This document shows positions 12,100 to 24,144 of a stretch of 64,000 bases of DNA, piece after piece (positions within the stretch are counted from its first letter, which is position 1; every line of letters begins with the position of its first letter). This DNA comes from Felis catus (lineage: Eukaryota). The notes below the pieces were generated by a model. That model saw only the letters and a list, made by a program, of their open reading frames with translations. It did no database searches and was not told the DNA's origin. Where the stretch lies: positions 175,090,001-175,154,000 of the forward strand of contig NC_058368.1 in NCBI RefSeq assembly GCF_018350175.1, written 5' to 3'. A program made the position numbers and the translations under genes.

Positions 12100-12368
12100 T
12101 TTTTTTTTTCTTAAGGTTTCATTTATTTATTTTTTAAAAAATTTTTTTTTTCAACGTTTATTTATTTTTGGGACAGAGAGAGACAGAGCATGAACGGGGG
12201 AGGGGCAGAGAGAGAGGGAGACACAGAATCGGAAGCAGGCTCCAGGCTCCGAGCCATCAGCCCAGAGCCCGACGCGGGGCTCGAACTCCCGGACCGCGAG
12301 ATCGTGACCTGGCTGAAGTCGGACGCCTAACCGACTGCGCCACCCAGGCGCCCCATGTTTCATTTATT

Positions 12369-12419
<51 letters not shown>

Positions 12420-12581
12420 GTGGGGGAGGGGCAGAGAGAGAGGGAGACACAAAATCTGAAGCAGGCTCCAGGCTGTGAGCTGTCAACACAGAGCCTGACG
12501 TTGGGCTCGAACTTGTGAATCGCCAAGATCATGACCTGAGCCAAAGTTGACACTCAACCAACTGAACCGTCCAGGCACCCC
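12100..12581 (-). mobile_element. CanSINE (host of nested SINE) with long (GA)n
   Basis: Body 12357-12581; TSD TTAAGTCCATGAC at 12087-12099 and 12582-12594. Confidence 0.95.
12129..12354 (-). mobile_element. Young CanSINE nested in tail of older SINE
   Basis: TSD GTTTCATTTATTT at 12116-12128 and 12357-12369. Confidence 0.97.
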
Positions 12582-12669
12582 TTAAGTCCATGACCTTTTA
12601 AAGCATACGGACCTTTAAATGCAGTCATGCTAACCCTTAGACTTTAAGGAAACGACTAAGAATGCTCAA

Positions 12670-13300
12670 AACCTCAGCCGTATGGCTGTTCATCACTGCA
12701 CTCTTTGCAAAAACAAAACTCTTAGAAATAATCTGGACGACCAACACTGGAGAATGGTTAAGCAAATTATGACACATGCAAAAAATAAAATACTGTGTAG
12801 CCATTGAAAACCCTAACGTAGGGCTATATGTCTTAACATGGGATGATGCCCACAATATAATATTGCAGACAAAATAAGCAAAAAACTAAAGGCATGGTCA
12901 CATTTGCACAAAAAAGTGGAGTGTCTACACTTTATCCCACATGGACAGAGGCTGAGAAGGATATATATCACGAAGTAAACAGTGATCACTTCGGGCTGGT
13001 GGGGTTAGGGCGGTTTTTCAATAATTCTTCAGCATTTCACGTAACACATGGCTTTTACAACGTATATATGAAAAATCATATACATTCATAAAGCAACGTG
13101 TACATCAGGACCAAACATCAAAATGAGAGCTTATGTGTTGTATAATACTATTTTTTTGCTAGATATTTAAGAGTATGTATTTGTGTACGTAGAAAGAGGC
13201 CGGGAATAAAGCTCACGAGGAGTCAGGAGTTGTCACCTTGGCGTGGGTGGGATTGTGGCTCATCTGTAATTTATTACTTTGGCCTAACTGTATTTTGAAA
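12670..13300 (+). mobile_element. L1ME-type 3' end fragments
   Basis: GGCTGTTCATCACTGCACT...GAATGGTTAAGCAAATTATG...AATACTGTGTAGCCATTGAAAA; second 3' segment ~13160-13300. Confidence 0.7.
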
Positions 13301-13504
13301 ACGGTTCACAGTGGAGGAGTGTTGGTTATACGATGGCAGAGTTGGGGTGACCTGCCAACGGAGTGATGGTCCTCCGTGGCTCGTGTGGATGAGCCAGTCT
13401 TTTCTCAGACCTTCTACCTCTAAGACCCTCAGAAGCAAAGGGATGACATTGAAAAGCTACCACGTCCAGATTCAAGCCCAAGAAGGGGCATAACATGCGT
13501 ATTT

Positions 13505-13780
13505 TGAGGCAGACGGCCTGCGTGGCCAGCCTGCCTCTGCTGTTTTCTGGTTCTGTGACTCAGGGCAAGTTTCCTAACCTCTCTGTCCCTCAGTTTTCTC
13601 ATCTATAAGATGGGCATGCTGACAGTTGCCACCGCAGAGCTCTGCGAGGCTCAGGGAAGACTCAGCCAGCTCCGGGCTGTATCCTCCCACTTCACCTAAG
13701 AGGCTGCAAGGGCTCAAAGAGGTGAAGCTACTTGTCCAAGGTCACCCAGCCGCAGATAAGAGCCGCGATTCCAAAGGACT
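13505..13780. mobile_element. Two MIR fragments (+ then -)
   Basis: GGGCAAGTTTCCTAACCTCTCTGTCCCTCAGTTTTCTCATCTATAAGATGGG; reverse CTTGTCCAAGGTCACCCAGC. Confidence 0.75.
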
Positions 13781-14504
13781 CCTCGCGCAGTGCCCCCACC
13801 CTCCTCAGAAACAAGAGGCCCACCAGTCGTTTTGGGCCAGATATTTATCATAAAAACCGGATTCCACTGAGGCCAGCAGAACATAATGGCGAAGCCTCTC
13901 TCTCAGCGGCATTTAGCTCAAGGTATATATTTGGTCTCCGATGCATCGTGTTCCTCCAGCCCGGTCCCCTCTCATTTTCTCTGTTTGGTTTCCTCCGGGA
14001 GGCCGAACGAGAGGCCTTAAACTTGGTGTGAAGATGGCCGAAATGAATGGAGGAGGAAAACAAAACAAGACAGGAGACGCTGTTTGCGGGGAGGTGTGTG
14101 TTAGGAGATGTCTGGTCCGGGCGTGGAGCAAACGCGTCTCTCCAGCTCTCCCCGGACACTGGGCAAGCCCTCATTCCCCCCTGGGGATGCATCTCCCCCG
14201 GGGGGAGAGGAGGAGCTTGAGGGAGGACAAAGGATGGGCTGTATTTTCACTCCAATTTTCTGGACTGAAATCTAGAAATGAGTGAGAACTGGCTCCAGTG
14301 GACCCAGAGAGAGGGGATGCCCTTGAACCCACCCCCACCGTGCGCGTCTTGGCATTTGAAGCTTAGCCCCGGGTCATGTCAGAGGGTGAAGCTCTTCGGG
14401 GTGGGGGGGTAGTGATGGGGGAATGGAGAGAACACAGCCCCCTGGAGACGCAGCGGGCGGGTCGCAAACCCAGACTCCGCCTCCCCGCCCTTGGGCCCTT
14501 TGCC

Positions 14505-14845
14505 AGTCGCGGTTAAGAGCCTGGAGTCTGGAATGATACCAGGGCTGGAATCCTTGTTCCACCACTTAGCAGCTAAGATCTGTCTAAGCTTCAGAGTCTT
14601 CATCTGTAAAATGAGAGCAATAATCATAGCACCTACTCACCGAGTTGCAGCAACTCGGGAATGGGTTAACGCATGCAAAACTATTTCACGGTCCTAGACA
14701 CTCCAAAATAATCATGGTTACCATTATTCACTTAACTTCTCTGCGGCTCATTTTCCTTATCTCTGAAATGGTGTTAATAATGCCTGCCCCTCCGAGATGT
14801 CCTAAGGCTTGGATGAGCCAGTAACTGCCTAGATGCTTTGTAAAC
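14505..14845 (+). mobile_element. Two tandem MIRs
   Basis: GGTTAAGAGC...CTTCATCTGTAAAATGAG...; second core CACTTAACTTCTCTG...CTCTGAAATGG. Confidence 0.75.
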
Positions 14846-15639
14846 ACAAAATTTCTCTTCTGTTGACCAGGCTTATCTCCAGAAATCTCCCCCAACTGTG
14901 GGTGGTAGTCTGGGACCAGCCCCGTGAAAGCCCCTGGCACACAGTAGGTATTTAATTAAAAAGGCAACCAGCAAGTTCTTGGCTGTGTCTCTTCGGGCCA
15001 GATAAACGGCAGAGCTCTGAATAGCTTTCTATAAACAGGCAAACCGGTTATTTCATGCAGAACAAATAAGCAAATGTCTCTGATTGTTTCCTCAGCAACA
15101 GCACTGAGGGCCCGAAATTATCCAGGGAATCATCCTGGATGGCCGTTGCCCTGGGTTTGTGTTGCCCGAGACTAAACCCACATCTACCGGGCGCAGGAAG
15201 AAAGGGCCATCCGGGGGGCAGGTCTCCAGGCAGCAAGGGAGCAAGGGGCACCATGCACTCTCCAGAAGCAGCTGGCGGCCAACTGGGAGCTTGATGGAGG
15301 CTTGGGCTGTGGGGACACCACCTGGGGTGACTGCTCTTTCAAAAGGGACCGTAAGAGAATCCCCGATGGTGTCGAGTCTACGGTGTCGTCGTCGTCGATC
15401 TCCTGCGCCCTCCGGCTCTGGAGGTGGGGGAAAGCCACTTCTGGTCACACCTGCACCGCAGCAGGTAAATCCCTTCCAGGGGCCTGACCCGCTCTCCCTG
15501 TGCACCAAGGGCACAGGGGTAGGGACAGAATGGAGTGGGGGAGTGCCTTTGCCTGAGGGAACTAACAAACATCATCTCCTGTCATTCCTCGGCACCCAGC
15601 ACGGCTCTGCCAATAATAGAAAACACTGGTAACAAAATA

Positions 15640-15850
15640 ACTTTTATTGTTGGCCAAGGCACCGAGCACTTTACAATCCAAAGTCCCCTAGTCCCCGTAG
15701 TCCCCCCAGTCACCCCCAGATGACGGTATGGCTGAGTGAGCTCTATTTTATAGATGAGGAAACAAGCCCCGAGCGACACCCTTGCCCCACTCCAGGGCTT
15801 AGGTTCCAACCCCCGTGATCAAGGTGACTTTTCTGAACATGACATTCAAG
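15640..15850 (-). mobile_element. MIR
   Basis: CTATTTTATAGATGAGGAAACAAG reverse MIR core. Confidence 0.6.
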
Positions 15851-16265
15851 GCTCTGCGCACTCTTCCAACCTGATTTGTATTGTCACGAATGCTGTGTCT
15901 GCAGAACAACTGGCCGTTCCCATAAGTGCCCGGCTGGCTCTCTCCCGCTCCGTGTGTTAGCTTTCCCTGTCCGGACCCGTCCCCCGGCCCGTGCTCCCCG
16001 TCCCCTCCCCTGGGTGCCAACTTGCTTTTCAAAAAGTTAGCACCTCCTGGGGCCCTGGCACTTCATCTACAAAACACCCCTGTGACTAGGCCTGGGCACA
16101 CTGATTTTAAGGCACAGGACACTGAGGCACAGAATGACAAAGCAATGGGCAGCAAGGTCACAGAAGTTGTACTTGTAGGCGGATGTCTTCTCTACCCCAC
16201 TGTGTTTCTCCTGAGTTCGGGATCTCCTTCTCTGAGAAGCTCTCCCTGCCTTCTGTTGGATTAGG

Positions 16266-16941
16266 CACAGGAATGTGCCAGAGCCTGCCCTTACGGGCCT
16301 GCGAGAGCCAATTATGAAATTGTTGGGAATTTTGCAAGCCGGTTGTTAAACACAGCAATTATTAAGGATTAAATTATAAGCACTTTATAATTAAATAAAT
16401 TATATTAAAAACAAAGGTCATAAATAGTCAAAACTCATCACTTCCTAATTATTTTATTACATTTTACTATTATCTATGCTCTTAAGGTTATTTCCACCCG
16501 TCGCATCTGTGTGGTGGAAGTTCGACATAATGGTGCCCTACTGGGCATCCCTCAGTGATGTCATGCAGATAGCTTTGAAATCAGCATGGCTGGATAATTT
16601 ACACCAGGGAAATTGGCAAACGCTACCCATCAGGGCTTGGTTTATCGTGTTGATTGCCTAGACTGAAGAAAGTGATGGAGAAAATACGAGTAATGCAACT
16701 TCAACTTACAAGCGTAGCACGTCTGGAGACTTACGTCGTGAAGAGCCCCCCAAGTTGAAGAAAGGTCCCGCCAGGATTTGAGAACTAGCAACCAACTTAG
16801 CAGAGAAAATGCTGGCATGGTGGACAGACGCATAGGGTTCCAACGTGATCTTTGTTGTTTTGCTTTCATCCTATTTGTTAATGTCAACGAAAATAGAACT
16901 ACACTTCAAGAACCCATTGTTAAACACCGAGCAACATTTGG
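16266..16941 (+). mobile_element. MER63 (C/D-type) hAT-Blackjack DNA transposon
   Basis: GCGAGAGCC...GCCGGTTGTTAAACACAGC...CAAAACTCATCACTTCCTAATTATTTT...GGAAATTGGCAAACGCTAC closely matches recalled MER63. Confidence 0.85.
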
Positions 16942-17072
16942 CAGGCGGGGTGCGCCCTCAGTGCTTCCAGAGCCACCTGGCTTTCTCTCCATAGTAACCC
17001 TTGCCTCGGGGCTCTGAAACTTTCCACCCGTGTCTCCTTCTTCCTTGCTCTTCTTGGGAGCGGGGGTTGAGT

Positions 17073-17120
17073 CTTTTCCTTTTCCTTTTCCTTTTCCTTT
17101 TCCTTTTCCTTTTTCTTTTC
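17073..17120. repeat. (CTTTTC)n microsatellite
   Basis: About 8 direct hexamer units seen. Confidence 0.9.
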
Positions 17121-17643
17121 AGCTCTTGGGATAGGCACTCAATAATTGCCGAATAAACGAATGCATGCCTGTGTGACGGAACGAATAAAGAATTAGCCCT
17201 ATCCCCGGCCAATCCCCCCTTAGGAAAAACCGTCTTAAGGTACTCATGCATGCATATGGTGTTCCTATACGTATCATACATTGCTGAGTACCTACTATGT
17301 GCCAGTTGTGTTGATACTAACTCCCACTGTGACGACAAACACTAAAAGTGGAAACGCTGAAAAATTTCCAAACTCGGGGACTTTTCTGTCGCGTGTTCAA
17401 AACAGCCTCCGCATTCATTTAGCACTTCAAGGAAAGCAAAGATCATCAACTTCATCACCTTCCCTCACCCGCCAGGACCCCAGATGAGTCTCAGGAAAAG
17501 CGGAGAGGACCCTTGTGCAGTGACATCGTCATGCCTGTCGCTGAGGAGCTAGAGGCACGGAACCCCGCCGTTGTGTTCCGATGCCCCACCAATGTCTTTG
17601 AAAACAACCGTCCCCCCCCCAAAAAAAAATTAAAAAAAAAAAA

Positions 17644-17857
17644 GGGGCGCCTGGGTGGCGCAGTCGGTTAAGCGTCCGACTTCAGCCAGGTCACGATCTC
17701 GCGGTCTGTGAGTTCGAGCCCCGCGTCAGGCTCTGGGCTGATGGCTCGGAGCCTGGAGCCTGGTTCCGATTCTGTGTCTCCCTCTCTCTCTGCCCCTCCC
17801 CCGTTCATGCTCTGTCTCTCTCTGTCCCAAAAAATAAATAAACGTTGAAAAAAAAAA
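17644..17857 (+). mobile_element. Young CanSINE (SINEC_Fc)
   Basis: Full length, inserted in an A-rich tract; TSD ambiguous. Confidence 0.97.
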
Positions 17858-18009
17858 TTTTATTCGACAGAGGCCCGTGGGAAACCCTCACGTCTCTCTT
17901 CCCCTTACTGGTTTCACGGGACTCAAACTTCAAGACCACGTTAGCGGGTAAACAACGTACCGCGTATCCCATTGTGGCGTTAATACAAAGATAGGTGGTC
18001 TTCAACTTA

Positions 18010-18480
18010 CAAAGCAAATAATTAGTCACCAAATGAATAAGAGAAAAGAACAGTCATTAGCACGACAGTCACCTGTCAAACGTGGGTGTGTTTCTACCCG
18101 GGGAGGGTGGGCACTTTCCTGTGGCCAAGCGGGCGTGATATTGTTCCCAGCAGCCTTGAGACCTCCCCCAGTATATGTCTTTTTTTCCTCAAAAAGAAGA
18201 GACGAGGAGGAGGAAAAAGTCAGTTGCTTCGACTTGAAAGTCAGTGCTAAAGGAGGCATTAGAAAAGCCTTTCTTGTGGCTCAGAGCCCTGATTACCACA
18301 ATTAAAGCCCAAGGTGTGGTGCTATTTGCTCAGCATGCTCTGACACATGAAAGCAAATGATTCAGGCAAGGAAAATAATTATACATTAATTTGTGTTTGG
18401 CAACTGTGTTTTATTCCTTTGGCCCACAAAGCGAAGATAAAAGGTGATATTATTGAAAGTGTTTTCTCTGCCTTCAGTGG
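18010..18480. promoter_or_regulatory. Candidate non-coding regulatory element
   Basis: Repeat-free; TAATTA, TGATTA, CAATTA, ATTAAT, CTGTCA, AGATAA, AGGTGTG motifs. Confidence 0.3.
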
Positions 18481-18849
18481 GGTTGCCATGGGCTGCGTTT
18501 GGAGACAGGCGTCTTCGGTGGGGCATCTTCCTGGGATCGCGGGGTTGCCTTTTGGGCTCCGATGCTGTGCTGGGCCAGGAGGAGTGGAGGAAAGGTACAA
18601 TGTTGGTTGCTTACTGCCCTGAGCTTTTTGTTTGCAGGTTTCCTGCAGACGTGGCCGGGTGGAAAGGAAAAAGGGACCCTCTGTAAGGAGAGAGCTCCAG
18701 TCCCCATCCTGGGGGCAGTCACCCCATATCACGGTATTGCATTGGGCATAAAGGGACAGACGAGGAAGGCCCACCCACCCAGCCATGTATGGAGGCTGGT
18801 GGGGAGGGGGTGGGGGAGGGTGAGGTGGGTGTTTCTGAGTAAGGCTCAC

Positions 18850-19043
18850 AGGCAGGCAGCTGTCCCAGGAAGAAATGCAGGCCCCGTGTAGCCAAATAGC
18901 CCGGACTCTAAAAAGGAAAGTAAGAACATCTGAATTCTTTAAAAAGGAAATCTCTCAGTTTTTGAACATTGGCTTGATTTCAATGAAAATAAAGCACGTC
19001 TTCAGGCTGCAGTTGGCCTGGTGGCCACCCGTTTGAGCCTCTG
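18850..19043 (+). mobile_element. MER103C-like hAT-Charlie
   Basis: GAAATCTCTCAGTTTTTGAACATTGGC...GGCCACCCGTTTGAGCCTCTG; similar to 32630 copy. Confidence 0.65.
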
Positions 19044-19054
19044 ACATATATCAC

Positions 19055-19310
19055 AGGGGGGTGAAACACTAGCTTCTGGAGTCAGAAAGATCTGGGTTCT
19101 GAGCTCAGCTCCATCCCTTACCAGCTGGTGGACTGTGGACAAGCTGTTTCACCTCTCTGGGTCTCAACGTCCTGTTTGTAAAAAGGAGACGATAACAATT
19201 GTACCTCCCTCCGAGAGTTACCGTGGGGATGAAATGAGATGATGCCGGGCGTAAGGCAAGTTCTTTCAGTCTTTGGCAGACAGTAAGCACTAAATAAATG
19301 TCAGTGATTA
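19055..19310 (+). mobile_element. MIR (near full length)
   Basis: CTTCTGGAGTCAGA...CACCTCTCTGGGTCTC...GATGAAATGAGATGATG...CAGTAAGCACTAAATAAATG. Confidence 0.85.
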
Positions 19311-19442
19311 CAACGATTTATAAATGAGCCATAGGAGGGCGATTAAATATCATTGTCCCTGACTTGCTTGCGGTCAAATAGGATGTCTGGAATTCAGTAG
19401 CTACGACAGATAATCAGCTAGACAGATAATCAGATAATTGCT

Positions 19443-19476
19443 GGATGGATGGATGAATGAATGAATGAATGAATGA
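19443..19476. repeat. (TGGA)n/(TGAA)n microsatellite
   Basis: Direct tetramer repeats. Confidence 0.85.
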
Positions 19477-19719
19477 AGATGCCAGCTACAGGCCAGAATG
19501 AGCAATTGATGCGCCATCTTCTTTCTGCCAATGTCCCCTGTAGTGTTTGAGCTCATTGCTTAGTCTCTTTGGACTTCCGCTTTTTCATTGTTAAATGGAC
19601 GGCATGTCCTTCGCTAGCCAGCTCTCAAGGCTGCTTTCCTGTCTCCTGACAGGACCTCTTGGGGGCTCTGAGCCAAGGTTAGGGCTGACCCGCAGGGACT
19701 TAACCACTCGACTCCGGGA

Positions 19720-20153
19720 AGGGAGGCAATCTTACCCTGGGGATTGTTCATAACTGAACTGAAGGAGGACTGGCCCCCCCCCCCCCATCGCCCCGCCCCA
19801 CATCCCTGTCTACACCTCTCTCTTCTGCTCTGTGCCCCAGCAGGCTGACGCGGAACACACGCTCCCTTGCCCTTTGCCTTGCGGTATGATTTCGTCATGG
19901 GGAACCTGGATGGAGAAGGTTACAGCATTGATTCTCCATACTCCTGCCCCATTTTGCAGAAGGGGGCCCTTTCTACATAACTCTATTCCCAGGTTCCAGG
20001 AACTTCTGCCTCTCCTTATCCTTTTGGGTCTAGGGCACTAGCCACCCCAGGTACTGCACTTCCCCCTGCCCACACCTTTGATTCCGATTGACCCTCAGGG
20101 TCCTCAGATGAGGGTACCAGCTTTTTCATGCGGGGACCCCGAGGGCTGTAACA
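19720..20153 (+). mobile_element. LTR33-like ERVL LTR
   Basis: CCCTGCCCACACCTTTG...GGGACCCC...TGTAACA 3' end resembles recalled LTR33; 5' boundary uncertain. Confidence 0.5.
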
Positions 20154-20464
20154 GGAAATGCTCCTTACCTTCCGATCTGTGAAAAATGCACTCTCAGATG
20201 AAGGAGACCTCAGAGTGCCCCGTCAGAGAACCCAGGCTTGGGGGGCAGACGGGCTGCAGCTCAAATCCCTGTGAGCCGCTTACTGGCTCTGTGAACTTGC
20301 ACGAGTCCTGTCGTGACTCCGACCTACTTCCCCCTGGTGGGGCGAAGATCTGTGGGGGCGAGATTCCCCCCAGTATCTTCCAGTGCACTGGTGGGGTTGA
20401 GCTGGGCTGTCTGGGCTGCCCTACACCATCTCTGCTGGTCATGGCTGCTCGGGGAGGCTTTTCT

Positions 20465-20696
20465 TTCTTTCTTTTTTTTTTTTAATTTTTTTAAACGTTT
20501 ATTTATTTTTGAGACAGAGAGAGACAGAGCATGAACGGGGGAGGGGCAGAGAGAGAGGGAGGCACAGAATCGGAAGCAGGCTCCAGGCTCTGAGCCATCA
20601 GCCCAGAGCCCCACTCGGGGCTCAAACTCCCGGACCGTGAGATCGTGACCTGAGCCGAAGTCGGATGCTCAACCGACTGAGCCACCCAGGCGCCCC
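20465..20696 (-). mobile_element. CanSINE
   Basis: TSD GGGGAGGCTTTTCT at 20451-20464 and 20699-20712. Confidence 0.97.
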
Positions 20697-20768
20697 ATGG
20701 GGAGGCTTTTCTATGCCTTCTGCTACCTCTTTATTCTTTCAGCTCTTTTTCCCTACTTATAGGCAAGA

Positions 20769-21285
20769 TATTTTATTTTAGTTTATCTTTATTTTATCTT
20801 ACCTTATTTTATTTTATCTTACTTTATTTTATTTTATTTTATCTTTATTCTATTTTATCTTACCGTATTTTATTTTATCTCACTTTTATTTTATTTTATC
20901 TTACCTTATTTTATTTTATCTTACTTTATTTTATCTTACCTTATTTTATTTTTTTATTAATTTTTTTTAATGTTTATTATTAAGAGACAGACACAGAGTG
21001 TGAGCAGGGGAGGGGCAGAGAGAGGGGAGACACAGAATCCAAAGCAGGCTCCAGGCTCCGAGCTGTCAGCACAGAGCCCGATGCGGGGCTGGAACCACAA
21101 ACCGCGAGATCATGACCTGAGCCAGAGCCGGTTGCTTAACCAACTGAGCCACCCAGGCACCCCTTACCTTATTTTATTGTATTTTACTTTAGTGTATCTT
21201 ATTTTATTTTACTTTACCTTTGTTTTATTTTATCTTTATTTATTTTACCTTAATTTTATTTTATCTTACTTTATTTTATTTTTTA
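20769..21285. repeat. AT-rich (TTTTA/TATCTTAC) degenerate minisatellite interrupted by a SINE
   Basis: Recurring TATCTTAC(C/T)TTATTTTATTT units on both sides of the SINE at 20951-21163. Confidence 0.85.
20951..21163 (-). mobile_element. CanSINE
   Basis: TSD TTACCTTATTTTATT at 20936-20950 and 21164-21178. Confidence 0.95.
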
Positions 21286-21465
21286 GCTGTTGTAGTTCTG
21301 TTAGACTGTGCCTAAGAAATATTGCTCCCAATGAAAGAGTGCCCAGTAGCTCACGAACATTCTTTTGAACCTCCCAAGAATCACAAATGGCCTTTATGGT
21401 GGAAGGACATTATAGCTCCTAATCAGAGTATGAGGTAAAAATTGAATGTTGTTTAAAATATTCTT

Positions 21466-21696
21466 GGGGTGCCTGGGTGGCTCAGTCTGTTAAGCGTCCG
21501 ACTTCAGCTCGATCATGGTCTCACAGTCTGTGAGTTCGAGCCCCACTTCAGGCTCTGTGCTGATAGCTTAGAGCCTGGAGCCTGCTTCGAATTCTGTGTC
21601 TCCCTCTCTCTCTGCTCCTCTCCCGCTCATGCTCTGTCTCTCTCTCTCCTTCAAAAATAAATTAAAAAAAAAAAATTAAAAAAAATTAAAAAAAAA
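21466..21696 (+). mobile_element. CanSINE
   Basis: TSD TAAAAT(A/T)TTCTTG. Confidence 0.95.
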
Positions 21697-21919
21697 TAAA
21701 ATTTTCTTGAAAAGCCTTTAAAAGCTAAAAAAAAAAAATCACCCATAAATTTTGGTACATCTGGTTTGGGATAATATATATGTACATTGGGGATGTACAT
21801 ATATAATATATACAGCAAAGTATCGTACGTTAAAATATGCAAAATATCATTTTACAGTGTTTTCCATTAAAGAAAGAGACAGAGCACATGTAGCTGATTT
21901 TGTAGGAATCCAAGACCCC

Positions 21920-22040
21920 TAAGATACAGCCATACTGATTTTGTGGATGAAGACGCTGACGTTCAGAGAGGTCAAGCAATTTGTCTAAGGGCACACAGCT
22001 AATAAATAACAAACTCACGATGCAGGTATCTGACTCCAAA
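21920..22040 (-). mobile_element. MIR
   Basis: GATGAAGACGCTGACGTTCAGAGAGGTCAAGCAATTTGTCTAAGGGCACACAGCTA. Confidence 0.75.
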
Positions 22041-22524
22041 ATCTTTTTTTTTTTTCTCCCATACCATAATCTCTGGATTTATGTCAGGTGGCATAAACAG
22101 AGAAACAGACACTCGAAGCCGGCATCACCAAGACGGCTTTCAGAATTATTATATGGGAAAAAGTTTTAAATACTGGGCCCGCTGCCTTTTTCACTCCGCT
22201 CTCCTGGTAGTGCGGGGCCCCAGCCCCTCTGAGTGGCGAGACCCAGCACCCTGAGCCTGGACCGGAGGGTGCTCGGTGCCGACCCCTCCCTGCAGGTCCA
22301 GGAGAGGCAGCCCAGGATCGAGGCGCCCCTGCTTGGCAAGCCAGGTCGAGGTTTTGCTGTTGTTGTTGGCCTCTGATGAATGATGATAATTGTTAGGAGA
22401 TTAATTTCAGATTCTCGGATGAAGGATCCTACCAAAGCACCAGGCACAAAGAGAGGGGGAGGGAAGCAGGGAGGAGGCAAGAGCCCCGACGGAGCCTGGC
22501 ATTCTCCCCGTGGCTCCGGTGCTG

Positions 22525-22690
22525 ACTCAGGCCCTGACCTTGGGCAAGTCATTTAACTTCTTTATGCCGATTCTCCTCATCTGTAAAATCAGTCTAATGA
22601 TGGCTTCTTTTCCAAACCACTTTGATTCTCAGATGAAAGCGTCCATAAAAGTGCCTAGGATTGCTATTAATTGAGCCATTATTATTTTTA
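22525..22690 (+). mobile_element. MIR
   Basis: GACCTTGGGCAAGTCATTTAACTTCT...CTCATCTGTAAAAT. Confidence 0.8.
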
Positions 22691-23399
22691 TTATTAAATA
22701 GATTAAGTCCACGAAACTTTAACTATGTTTTGACTTCCACCTGACGGGGCAGTGGGAAGAGCAGTTAACTATCAGATGACAGGCCGCTCTGATGTCGCCC
22801 TTTGCAGGGAGGCTGGCAGACAGGTATTTCCTTCAACAAGGCCACCCTCGCCCGGACAGGCACGGTCTGCGCTGGGCGTGCTTAGCTATTGCTGCTTTGT
22901 TCCATCTTTAGATACAAATGTGCCCGGCCGAGCGCAGGTCACGTTCTCAGTCATTAGAAAGAACTGGGGGCGGAAATGCCTCGGTCCTTGGCCTCGGCTG
23001 TGTGATTTTATTGGCAAATCGTGGGAACTCTTTGCCCGTCGGCTTCTGCACTTGGATAATGGGAACCAACATCATCTCACCCACCTCGGTGCTGGGCTCA
23101 GAGGATATAGCCCTCTGCGGGGGCTAATCACAGCCGTCGTCCTGTCTGCGACAAGAAATCAGGGGAGGAGGGTAATCCTTGAGCTCAGATCCCACTTCTA
23201 CCCCTTCCTGGTGCTGCTGGAAGGCACAGACAATAATATCTTTCTTCCAGGATTGTGAGAAGGAAATAATTTGGATGAATCCTTAAGCCGGTGCCCGGCC
23301 CCAAGCATATGCTCGGCCAACTGACGGGCATTACTATCAGAGAGGAAGCACTTGATGAACAGCAAACACGATTTTTTTCCCTTAATGTAAGGGGCAGTG

Positions 23400-23618
23400 A
23401 GGGACGCCTGGGTGGCTCAGTCGGTTAAGGGTCCGACTTCGGTTCAGGCCATGATCTCAAGGTTCGGGGGTTCGAGCCCCGCGTCCGGCTCTGTGCTGAC
23501 AGCTCGGAGCCTGGAGCCTGCTACGGATTCTGTGCCTCTCTCTCTCTCTCCTTCTGCCCCTCCTCTGCTTGTATTCTGTCTGTCTGTCTCTCTCAAAAAT
23601 AAATAAGCATTTAAAAAA
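23400..23618 (+). mobile_element. CanSINE
   Basis: Full length; degenerate TSD TAAGGGGCA(G/A)TG. Confidence 0.95.
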
Positions 23619-24079
23619 AATTTAAGGGGCAATGCGCATCTTTCTAGATGTTTGAAGCATACACATTATAAAAAATATAAAAATAGCCCTACCTTCTTTT
23701 TTACAGAGCAAATGAAATAATGGAAGGAACCCACATCCAGTGAGAAGATAGCCCACAAAGGACAAGCCTAAGCCGTCCACAGTTCCCCTGCCTGGGGTAC
23801 CCACTGAGAAGCCTTGTGGGAATGTGTATCCCCCACGTTCAGGCACTTCGGTCCTTCACAAGGCTTGCTTGCCAATGTTGCAGATCACAAGGGCAAAAAG
23901 GGAACACTTAGTGGCAAAGAGCCCTGGTTTCTAAGGGACGAAACTTGAGTCTAAGCCTCCCTGTGCCACTAAATATCTGTGCCATTTGTTCTTTGGTGCT
24001 GAGATTTCTCTTTTAGACTAGGAAGACATTCGACAGAATTTCCAGAAGTGCGGAGCATGGACACTTTTGACTAAAAGAA

Positions 24080-24102
24080 ATTTTTTTTGATGTTTATTTA
24101 TT

Positions 24103-24144
<42 letters not shown>

